A DNA stretch of 62,685 nt, the filler included, from Stramenopiles sp. TOSAG23-2 (lineage: Eukaryota): the NCBI GenBank assembly GCA_900128395.1. It is 4 parts of 4 records of this genome, joined end to end, with 100 filler letters (N's around TTAATTAATTAA, not from the genome) between each part and the next. Parts side by side here need not be neighbours in the genome. Positions count along the whole stretch, not along the records: positions 29,786 to 59,257 come from LT649388.1; positions 59,358 to 60,971 come from LT652601.1; positions 61,072 to 62,685 come from LT652602.1; 1 more part is not named here. One strand, 5' to 3'. The notes beneath the pieces are model-generated. The model was not told the origin of the DNA. It was given only the letters and a program-made list of their open reading frames with translations, and did not search any database. The translations under genes were made by a program, and so were the position numbers. Positions 53,704 to 62,685 of the stretch are shown here, in pieces. Numbering within the stretch: the first letter of the stretch is position 1; the number at the start of each line of letters is the position of its first letter.

Positions 53704-55437
53704 TCAAATTTGTGTCCTTTCACGTCTCTCATGTTCCCATATTGCAAGTAACTTATATAGTTCAATAGCAACTTCCTCTGTCAAAAGTTCGAATCTTTGT
53801 CTTTCATCATTTAATTGCTTTAGACACTCTTCTTTAGCAACGTTTAATTCTTTCTTCATTTTGAATTTTTCTGCTGCCCATGTCATCCACGCTGCTCTAC
53901 CATTTGTACTGTTGAACAATGGTTGAAAATCATTATTTGTATCTATACCTTCGCCATTGCTTCCTATATTATCACCACCATTCACACTATTATTATTATT
54001 ATTATAATTACGTGTTTTTGCTGCGTTTCCCAACTTATCGCTGAAAATCATCTCTCTATATTTATCTCTTACATTTGCATGTTCCAATTCTTCTTGTCGA
54101 AATTTTACTTTGTACCTATCTCTATCTTTTTCTAATTGCACTACAACCTCTTCCATTTGTGATAAATCATTCGAAGCGGTAATTGCAATTTGTAACAATT
54201 TATTTCGTGGCATTTTATGCAGTCTATCTCTCCACACCGAATTTGCACGTGAAAAGCGCATATCACGAAGTGCTTTGCGCAAAAATATTGGATCCTCTAA
54301 TTTTGGTTCTTTCACTATTTCAGATGGATCATTCCCAACTAAAAATTCAATTTTACGTACATTTTTCCAATGTGCCGAATCTACAGCCCATTTTGCATCT
54401 CTTAACATGTTTTTCAAACGAGCTAATGATGGTACTTTATTGATAGATGAAGGATCATTTGTATTATCACCACTAGTTGTAATATTATCATCATCCCCTC
54501 CGTTACTTAATAATTTTTGACCATAGGCATTTCTTCGTGTTATGCTATTATAATTTCTATTATTATTGGCAAACTGGGCACGTCTACGCTCAATTGCCCA
54601 TTCTGCGACTGCCATGTGAGTTATACCGTGGGTTGATTTAGCATTACTTTCTAAACGTATTCCTTTGCGCCTTTCCTCGGATAATTTTGATCTTAACAAT
54701 TGTATTTCATCTTGTAATCGCCCAACTTTGCTGCTCAACCTTGAATCGGACACTGAATCAAGTGCAACTCCCATTTGTTCCTTTAATTTTTGTACTTCTA
54801 GACGATACGCATCTGCTTGTTCTTGCGTTTCTTCTAATTTCAAACGCAGACTATTGGCAACATGTTTTTCTTGCCCCAGTGTTGATTTCAATGCCACTAA
54901 CCGTTGAAAGACATGTTCTATGTCCTCTTCTGAATCTAGTTTTTCTTGGAGTCTTGCCAATTTTGCTGTCGCTTTATCAGCTTTAATACGTTGTTCATTT
55001 GTTTGATCCGTCAAAGTTTTTAAATACCTTTTCATGTCATCACCAGATGCATCTATGACCGTTCTAAATTGCCTATTTTCCACTTCTAATTTCTGCAACT
55101 TGTCGTATTGGTATTGATTGGTGCTGAGAGGGTTAAATGAAGAACTTTCACTTTGATCACCACTATAAACGGTTTGCATCATTTGTATTTCAGCTTGTGC
55201 TCTATTTAAGCGTCGACGTAAAGATTGTGTAAGGAACTTTGCAAGCTCTTCCGTCAATGTATTTACAATGTCGTCTCCATGTATATGATTTACAACGGCA
55301 AATTGCTTCGCTATGTCATGTGCCTCATCTTGCAATGGCCTTACCGACACAGGGAGTTGAATTATACCAGCTATTGTTTTATATCTAAAATTTAATGTCT
55401 CTAACTCAGCATTACTACTTTTATTAAAGGCAGCCAT
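53704..55437 (-). CDS. Coiled-coil protein of unknown function
   Basis: 577-aa ORF with long heptad-like E/K/L/Q-rich stretches. Confidence 0.75.
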   Translation of the reverse strand: MAAFNKSSNAELETLNFRYKTIAGIIQLPVSVRPLQDEAHDIAKQFAVVNHIHGDDIVNTLTEELAKFLTQSLRRRLNRAQAEIQMMQTVYSGDQSESSSFNPLSTNQYQYDKLQKLEVENRQFRTVIDASGDDMKRYLKTLTDQTNEQRIKADKATAKLARLQEKLDSEEDIEHVFQRLVALKSTLGQEKHVANSLRLKLEETQEQADAYRLEVQKLKEQMGVALDSVSDSRLSSKVGRLQDEIQLLRSKLSEERRKGIRLESNAKSTHGITHMAVAEWAIERRRAQFANNNRNYNSITRRNAYGQKLLSNGGDDDNITTSGDNTNDPSSINKVPSLARLKNMLRDAKWAVDSAHWKNVRKIEFLVGNDPSEIVKEPKLEDPIFLRKALRDMRFSRANSVWRDRLHKMPRNKLLQIAITASNDLSQMEEVVVQLEKDRDRYKVKFRQEELEHANVRDKYREMIFSDKLGNAAKTRNYNNNNNSVNGGDNIGSNGEGIDTNNDFQPLFNSTNGRAAWMTWAAEKFKMKKELNVAKEECLKQLNDERQRFELLTEEVAIELYKLLAIWEHERRERTQI

Positions 55438-56052
55438 TTAATTTTCTATCCTATGTAACCAAAACAATTTATTGAAGCAGGAAAAAAAGCAAAAAAAGTT
55501 TACAAAATAGGGATATGCTTATAATATAATTTACATATAAGTGGACGTGTTCATTAATTTCTATATCGTCTTCCTTACTTGAATCTTGATTGTTTTATAC
55601 AATAAAATATATATATTGCATTGCAAGAAGATGATAATACTTTTGTTATTTTTATTAGTAACGCAGTAATAACTTATTATATTTTTGAGTCATGTAAAAG
55701 TAAAAAAGTATAAGTATTAATGCTATTAAGATAATTAGAATAAGTATAAGTTGAAAAATAAATAAAAAATAACACAGTACACAATGGGTACACAATGGGA
55801 AAATACAAACTTGAAAACCCTCATTCTAACTATTGAATAATACTTGAACCGTTATTATTATTATGAAAACGTTGAAACAAAATACATCTGTAATAATATT
55901 TTTGTCAGGGAAGAAAGTAAACAAAACCTATAGATCAAACATCACATTTCTTAACAAAAAAAGGAATATAGGATATTCCTAATCACTATATATATATATA
56001 ATAACATCAATATTAATAGCTATACATTGTCTGTGTATACACATATTTGAAT

Positions 56053-56904
56053 ATGAATAGATCGTATTCAAATAATACCATGGACAGGTATTATAATGTA
56101 CCAGATGAAGCAAGTAAACAATGGAAAAAATTTGGAATGGATACTGAAGCTGGTAGAATGTTAAATAAATTGTATGCTGGTAAAAATAAAGTACAGATAA
56201 ATTATCCAAGAATTAATACTGTATCAAGGAAAGAAAATATGGCACAACCTAGGTTCATACCAGCAGGTGGTAAAAAGGATGTAAATCCCCGCTCAAATCG
56301 TATAATGAAAGTGAATGTAAATCGACCAAAAGTTGGCCGTGGAAAAAAACCAAAAAAAATTCATGCAATTGATGTTATCAGACGTCGAAAATCAAAAGCT
56401 AGTATTGATGAAGTTAATAAAACAAGAGAATTTGATGTTAAGGGTTTCCAAGGACCGGCTACAAAAGCTGTTTCGACAGAGCAAAATAAACGAATGTTAC
56501 AAATGACCAATCAATTTAAAGGTGGTAAGATTTTACCAAATGCTGGTTCATACGACGCTATTAGTACACAAATTCCATTACATGTTATTACTGGTAGTGA
56601 TAAAGCTCGTGCATTCCATGAAAAAACAATGGCAAAAAGACGTGGTTTGACAACAAATCAACCAAAAGTTAAGAAACAAAGTGAAAAAACAGAAATCGAA
56701 AAACTAAGAGAAGATTTTGATTTTGCAATGAATTTGATAGCAGAGGATGAAAATTTTTTAAATGAATTAGAGAATGATAATTCTAAAGAAGCAAAAAAAG
56801 CAAGGCAGCATGTAATGAATCAAACTGCGGAACATTTAAGGCGTGCAAGAGATATTGATAAGAAAATGAGAGAATATAGTGAATTGAATCCAGATAATGT
56901 TTAA
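56053..56904 (+). CDS. UPF0193 (EVG1/C22orf23)-like protein
   Basis: C-terminal 'EDFDFAMNLIAEDENFLNELE...VMNQTAEHLRRARDID' resembles the UPF0193 helix pair. First ATG is at 56053. Confidence 0.55.
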   Translation: MNRSYSNNTMDRYYNVPDEASKQWKKFGMDTEAGRMLNKLYAGKNKVQINYPRINTVSRKENMAQPRFIPAGGKKDVNPRSNRIMKVNVNRPKVGRGKKPKKIHAIDVIRRRKSKASIDEVNKTREFDVKGFQGPATKAVSTEQNKRMLQMTNQFKGGKILPNAGSYDAISTQIPLHVITGSDKARAFHEKTMAKRRGLTTNQPKVKKQSEKTEIEKLREDFDFAMNLIAEDENFLNELENDNSKEAKKARQHVMNQTAEHLRRARDIDKKMREYSELNPDNV

Positions 56905-57259
56905 AGAATTTATGAAGACTTACATACATGAAAAAAGCCTCTCTGTGTAAAGAGAAAAGAAAGAAAGTGAAATATAGAGAGAGATAATTTCAAATATATT
57001 GTGTGTGTGTATTCATATAGTAATTATTTTAAAATGAAAGGATTTTGTATGATATATGATATGATATGACACATTTATTCTTGTGAAGAAAAGTCCATCA
57101 CCATCTACACAGACCATTAGATAGATCTTTCCAGGCTCCAAAATCTCCGTTTTCCCAGGAAGACACAGCACAAACACAGACCATTTACAACATATCAGAC
57201 GACACACATCATATACAATTTTTCTAATTAATTTACACGCGAATGATACTCCTCAGTGT

Positions 57260-58105
57260 CTACCAACTACCTATCTGACTTTTGAGATGTTTAGCATATA
57301 TTGCAGTTTGTTTTTTTTGAATTTGTGGTCTACGTACGCCTACTTTCACTTTTTCTAATACAGTTTCTTTACCAAAATATGCTGTGGAATCTGATTGAAA
57401 CAACCTTTTTTGTGTAGTAGCTTTAGTTTCTAACATATTTTTCTGTTTTGTTGCCTCGTTAATACTAGTTTTTACTCTCATTTCAGCTTCAACTTCTGCT
57501 TTATTTCTTCCACCTAGCCGATTAAAGGGTTTTGTAATAACACCTGTTGTTGGCATTATATCGAGTGTTTTTTCCCTTGTTTTATTGTTACTATTTCCAT
57601 TATTACTATCAATGTCACTAAATGCGCCTTGTATGATTTCCATGGTTTTTCTTGAATTATTTAAACGCATGTATTTCTGTTCATTCACACGACGTCGATT
57701 TGCCGTATCTTCACTTAATTCATCATGATCATGAGCATCTTTTGAGTGTAAAGTAGATTCATTTCCCTTATACATTTTATGTATGGTCCATATTTTTTCA
57801 TTCATTTTCTTATTAACTTCTTCTTTCGACCATACAAAATTTGCACATGGATTTGCAGATGAAGTGGTAACACTAGATGTTGGTCGTAATGGTGCATGAT
57901 AATATCGATGTCCTTGCAATTCTTGTCTATTTGTTAAATTTCTTCGTATGCAATTTTTATCAACATCTTGATTTGGCACATTTGTTCTTGCCCTTCCTAA
58001 ACCAAGTGCCGATCGATGTTCCATAGATTTTTGTAACATAACATGATTAACAAAAGGCCTTCTTGGAGACGGTGGTGCACCAGATGTGGATGCAAACGAT
58101 GCCAT
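57260..58105 (-). CDS. Hypothetical basic protein (281 aa)
   Basis: Open frame with the likely start ATG at 58105 after an A-run (aaaaaaATGgca). Confidence 0.65.
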   Translation of the reverse strand: MASFASTSGAPPSPRRPFVNHVMLQKSMEHRSALGLGRARTNVPNQDVDKNCIRRNLTNRQELQGHRYYHAPLRPTSSVTTSSANPCANFVWSKEEVNKKMNEKIWTIHKMYKGNESTLHSKDAHDHDELSEDTANRRRVNEQKYMRLNNSRKTMEIIQGAFSDIDSNNGNSNNKTREKTLDIMPTTGVITKPFNRLGGRNKAEVEAEMRVKTSINEATKQKNMLETKATTQKRLFQSDSTAYFGKETVLEKVKVGVRRPQIQKKQTAIYAKHLKSQIGSW

Positions 58106-58768
58106 TTTTTTATTATACTGTATATCAATCTTCGTTGTTAAGAATGTATGACAATGATAGAATATTTTAATATCAATATAGAATCCAATGCATACGTCAC
58201 ACACACACTCTCTCTCATATATATATATATATGACTAATTTCATCATTTCACATTTCAATTCAAATATAGAGATATGTGTTCATATTTTTTATATAAAAC
58301 TACAAAAGTTGTAACGTTGTAAACTGTAATAATAAGGTAATATGCACATATAGCTCTAGCTCCTACCGATAAACGATTAATTAGATTATTGCAGCTATTG
58401 TACTACCTTAATATTTGAATCACGTTACTTTTAAAGTCTGTCCTAATAAGTTTAGTTTTAAGGGGAAATTACATAAATGACGGCCATCATCACCTGATGA
58501 TAGTTGCTTGTTAAAAAAGAAGAAGGAGAAAATCATCATCTTTCCTCCTCCTCCTGGCTTTTTGCACTTTTTTTAGCTTCTTTTTTATACATACAGGTAA
58601 AAAAAACCTGGATGGTAAAGCACTTAAATCTATCTAGATGTATTATGACATTTACTGTAGTAGCACTTTAATTTGTATTATTGTTTTGTTGGAACGGAAT
58701 AATATAATCATAAAAAGCAAAATCAAGCATATGTTAATAATTGATATTCGTTAGGAATAAGATAAATA

Positions 58769-59224
58769 ATGAAGCACAAGACTACCGCAGAATTACGTAT
58801 TATATTTGATTTATATGCATCCAATACAAATGATGGTCCACAACTTGATTTCAATGGTTTCAGTAACTGTTTTGCAAAACTACAATTACAATATAATGAG
58901 AAAGAATTAAAAGACTTATTGTTAACTGCGGATGATGATAACTCCGGTTTTATTTCCTTTGAAGAATTTAGAAAATTATTTGATCAGGCAAATTTGAAAA
59001 AAGTATTTAATACAATAGATGATGACAGCTCAGGAAGCATAACGGAAACAGAACTTTTGAATGCTTTAGTCTCTATGCATATTCACGTAACAAAAAAAGA
59101 TGTAAGAAAAATGATAGCTAAAGTTGATCAAAATCATGACGGGTTGATAACATTCGATGAATTTGTTGAGATATTTGGCAACGTACCAAATGCAACATTA
59201 GAAGGTGATTTGTGTCTAGGATAA
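58769..59224 (+). CDS. EF-hand calcium-binding protein (four EF-hands), possibly the truncated N-terminus of a Ca2+-regulated mitochondrial carrier
   Basis: EF loops DDDNSGFISFEE, DDDSSGSITETE and DQNHDGLITFDE plus a degenerate first loop. It ends 33 nt from the contig end, with a possible GT donor at 59205. Confidence 0.8.
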   Translation: MKHKTTAELRIIFDLYASNTNDGPQLDFNGFSNCFAKLQLQYNEKELKDLLLTADDDNSGFISFEEFRKLFDQANLKKVFNTIDDDSSGSITETELLNALVSMHIHVTKKDVRKMIAKVDQNHDGLITFDEFVEIFGNVPNATLEGDLCLG

Positions 59225-59257
59225 TCGAAGCAAACATTAAGTAAATCTATTGGTCGT

Positions 59258-59357
59258 NNNNNNNNNNNNNNNNNNNNNNNNNNNNNNNNNNNNNNNNNNN
59301 NTTAATTAATTAANNNNNNNNNNNNNNNNNNNNNNNNNNNNNNNNNNNNNNNNNNNN
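59258..59357. other. Artificial contig-joining linker
   Basis: 44 N + TTAATTAATTAA + 44 N. Confidence 0.98.
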
Positions 59358-59570
59358 TGGAAGTATAACATTTTTCGGGAAGGAGGATTCGACTGATGAT
59401 GAGAGGTAAAATATTTAAACACAATGTACTTCGTACGTAATATTCCGTACATTTTTATAAAAATACGAAAGTATTATACGAAGTACGTCGTACGAAGTAT
59501 TATATATTAATATAGTTAAACCCAACACATGCATATCTACTGCACCGTGGTTGCCGTGATACCTCTCTAA

Positions 59571-60569
59571 CTATGGCAAATTAAAATCTTTTTTCTTAGG
59601 TGGCGGTGCAGGTACAGGAACAACCGATGCTGCTTTTAACTCATTGTCGCTAAATTTTGGATCTTTGAAACAACATGGCAAACAATTGCACATACCTTTT
59701 TGCATCATTGGGTAGATAATGCATGCTGCTAGAACGCCAACACATAATATAATGATTATAAATACAATAACATCGACGCTACATATTTTTGCACCGGGTT
59801 TACTATTTGAACCAAATCCACATGGTTTACACAAGTTTTTTTTCTCTAACCCTTCTTCATCACCAAATGTTTTTGCGGGGCATTGGGTACAATCCTGTTT
59901 AGATGTGATATTTAATTTGTCTGAATACGTTCCTTTTGGGCATGGTTTTGGTTTTTGTTTCATGTCGTTTGCATTACAGAATCTTCCAGCAGGACATATT
60001 CTACATTTACCTGTTTCATCAATCCACGAACCTTTCAGACATTTACCACTTCCTTTCTTCTTTTTTGGCGGCGGATTGCCACTAGAAGGAGATGGTGCTA
60101 AAGATTGTGGAGTGCTTGTTGTTACTGGAGCGGGAGCAGGTGCAGTTGTTATTGCTGCTGCTGCTGTTGTTGTGGATGCAGCTGTCGTTGTTGGGGTTAC
60201 GATACACGTTCCCCAATTACTATTTTTTACATAATTATCACATTTTGGTTTATAAGAAGGGCATTGGTATTGAGTTGTAACGGTTTCATTTGGTTGCCCG
60301 CAACATGCATAGCCATTTCCATAATCTGCGGCACATTGAAGAGAATGTGCAGCAGTAGTCGATGCAACTGTAGTAGATCCAACTGTTGTGGATGTTGCTG
60401 CTGCTGCTGTTGTTGTGGATGCAGCTGTTGTGGGTGTCGACGTAGTAGTTGTTTGTGCAGATGTTGTTGTTGGTGCTGCTGTTGTGGATGCCGACGTAGT
60501 AGTTGTTTGTGCAGATGTAAAGCTAAATAATGTTAATACGATTGCCAATATAACTAATAAACATTTCAT
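59571..60569 (-). CDS. Type I cell-surface protein: signal peptide, Thr/Ala mucin-like stalks, small Cys-rich module, GCC2/GCC3 (ephrin-receptor-like) repeats, TM helix
   Basis: MKCLLVILAIVLTLFSFTSA signal, TTTA repeats, CPAGRFC, CPKGTYS, CTQCPAKTF, CKPCGFGSNS, and TM segment VIVFIIIILCVGVLAACIIY. Confidence 0.85.
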   Translation of the reverse strand: MKCLLVILAIVLTLFSFTSAQTTTTSASTTAAPTTTSAQTTTTSTPTTAASTTTAAAATSTTVGSTTVASTTAAHSLQCAADYGNGYACCGQPNETVTTQYQCPSYKPKCDNYVKNSNWGTCIVTPTTTAASTTTAAAAITTAPAPAPVTTSTPQSLAPSPSSGNPPPKKKKGSGKCLKGSWIDETGKCRICPAGRFCNANDMKQKPKPCPKGTYSDKLNITSKQDCTQCPAKTFGDEEGLEKKNLCKPCGFGSNSKPGAKICSVDVIVFIIIILCVGVLAACIIYPMMQKGMCNCLPCCFKDPKFSDNELKAASVVPVPAPPPKKKDFNLP

Positions 60570-60971
60570 TTTTCAAATTGATATACGAAATAATTTTATA
60601 AACAGTAGTAATCAAATACGTTTCCGTCGTTTACATATGCATATCTGAATATACAGTAGTATTTACATATGTGTTAAGCGTTTGTGTTACTGTTTCCATC
60701 ACTTTATAAATGTGTACTTTTAATTTTTTTTGTAAAATAAATAATAATAATTGTTGTAAAACGCATTCGTCCTCGGTTAATGAATTTAAGGTGTTTATCT
60801 CTTTTCTAACTGATTTCATACGCTGATTTCGAATTTGTACAATATTAGCACACAACAATCACATTTTAATAATAAATAACGATATATATGATAAAATAGA
60901 TATTATAATACAAATTAAATCAACGATGGTAACCCGTTTCATAAATATAGATATAATATTGTATTTCAGTC

Positions 60972-61071
60972 NNNNNNNNNNNNNNNNNNNNNNNNNNNNN
61001 NNNNNNNNNNNNNNNTTAATTAATTAANNNNNNNNNNNNNNNNNNNNNNNNNNNNNNNNNNNNNNNNNNNN
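60972..61071. other. Artificial contig-joining linker
   Basis: 44 N + TTAATTAATTAA + 44 N. Confidence 0.98.
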
Positions 61072-61344
61072 TTATAACATCGTTTATTTAAATACAATCG
61101 TAGCATGTGTGTAGTGTAGGGAATCGATGGAAGAAAGAAAGAAAAAAGAAGGAAAGTAACGTGTGAGATAGTCTTGAATAATATGAAATATATGTTCTTA
61201 TGTTCTATCCAAAATTGATTTCATTGATGGTTAGTCTGACATCATTAAAGTGTTATTATTATTTATTGTATCTCATACAATTATAATTACAATCGATGTT
61301 TTTGGTTCTTGGGCCGATGATGATACCAAGGATAAGGTATGGAT

Positions 61345-61408
61345 GAATGCTGGAATGCTGGAATGCTGGAATGCTGGAATGCCTGGAGAATGCTGGAATG
61401 CTGGAATG
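61345..61408. repeat. 8-bp minisatellite (GAATGCTG)n, about 7.5 copies with one interrupted unit
   Basis: Directly visible tandem array. Confidence 0.9.
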
Positions 61409-61559
61409 TGCAAAATAAAATGATTGAACTTTGAAATGCTTACTTGGTAGTATATACTATTTTGGAATCTATTTAAAACAACCCTATGAAGAACATGCAA
61501 ATAGCACATGTATGATATTTTGCTGTATAATAGTAAGTTACTGTATGTATAATATTAAT

Positions 61560-62240
61560 AAGACACCAATCATATGATTGCAAAACAGTTTGCTGTTTGG
61601 CAATCACATGTCAAATCATGTATATATGACCCATCTTTCTGAAAAAATAAATCTACCATGTATCATGTTGTTCCCTCACGGTTGCACACTTTACATGGCA
61701 ATTGCAAGGATGACACAAAGTCTTGAAACCACTCCTTGTACTTTTTCCCCACCACATTTGCTTCTGATAGCTTGTGCGCCTTTACCACACCTTTTCCAGC
61801 AACAGCCAATCCCAATGTGTTGTGCACTGATTGCATTGTATTCCTGCCACTACATGTGGTAATGGCCCTGTTGCAGCTACACGGACTTCCTCTGCATAAT
61901 ATATGTAGCAGTCTGTTTAAATTCAGCACCAAAATGGTTTTCTATGCTAGCAGGGCCAGGGATGAGAGTGGTATCTATTTCAGAAAGAAAGTGATTATTG
62001 AAGAGAATAGAATAATATATATCCAGTATGACAAGGATTATTATGTTGATTTCCAAAATCATGTGGCTTATGGGAACTTGCAAACCATATGTAAAAAAAG
62101 ATGGTAGCAATTGTAAAAGACAACCATCAAATACCATTTATAGTGAGGTATTGAGGTTGGCCATGACTTGGCCAGAGCCAGAGGGATACACAATTTTATT
62201 TCGTTGGTGCATCATTAAAAGCAATCGGGAATTATGCTAG
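61560..62240. pseudogene. CpG-depleted decayed coding-like sequence (transposon or viral relic, or pseudogene)
   Basis: Coding-like GC content but only short ORFs, very few CG and abundant TG/CA. The minus-strand frame reads on plausibly through an in-frame TGA. Confidence 0.45.
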
Positions 62241-62685
62241 TTTTTTAAATAAAAAATAATTTACATACAATTTGCCGACATTGAAATGGTTTGATGGGCG
62301 AATATTATAAAATTTCGGGCTTCAGCAATGCAATCAGCACTGCAATGTTTGAATAAAATAAGATTGGAAAAGGCAAAATGTAACATCTTTCTTAGTAAAC
62401 ACTTTAAATCTAAATCTTGAAAAATTTTGTTCAATAATATTAAGGTAAAATTAACATAACATTATGAAATAAAAAGGATTACTGGATTACCAGATTACCT
62501 TAACCTGGCGCCCTGGTAAAGCAGATAGGAGTTCTCTCCTTCTTTGACTAATAAAGATTATTGTCCTACTATACATGCATTTTTTTTTTTAATCATGAAT
62601 TAGATGTAATAATCTATAAACATACAGAAAAACATCTTGAAATACAACAAAATAGATACAACAAGATAAAACAAAACAGAAAACA

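Noticed and set aside
60105-60530. Very Cys-rich metallothionein-like ORF on the plus strand
   Set aside because: Antisense reading of the Thr/Ala codon repeats of the surface-protein gene.
61345-61408. Regular short repeats considered as a CRISPR array
   Set aside because: Contiguous 8-mers with no spacers and no cas genes, in a eukaryotic context.

Overview
AT-rich, gene-dense, almost intron-free eukaryotic nuclear DNA from a flagellated protist. An uncultured marine stramenopile single-cell or metagenome assembly is plausible, but that is inference. The window is four contigs joined by identical 100-nt artificial linkers (44 N + TTAATTAATTAA + 44 N), so gene order across 29686, 59258 and 60972 is meaningless. 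It holds about 26 protein genes in the standard code. Ciliary/cytoskeletal genes: WDR17, a TTLL polyglutamylase, IQCG/DRC9, a GNW-motif microtubule inner protein, a UPF0193-like protein. Others: WRAP53/TCAB1, ASNSD1, a bestrophin, a CCR4/nocturnin-family nuclease, a GPH/MFS transporter and a spliced RING-Myb gene. Most notable: (1) an intact guanine deaminase fused to an IPNS-type 2OG-Fe(II) oxygenase; (2) a three-gene cluster of unassigned multi-pass membrane proteins, two with basic N-terminal tails, one strongly histone-H1-like; (3) a TACGAA/TTCGTA motif concentrated just downstream of stop codons; (4) an O-fucosyltransferase/methyltransferase/DUF3431 fusion with altered catalytic motifs; (5) a MITE-like element, a perfect 119-bp inverted exon copy, and a CpG-depleted decayed contig. 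No rRNA, tRNA or CRISPR array was recognised. All family assignments come from recalled motifs, not database searches.
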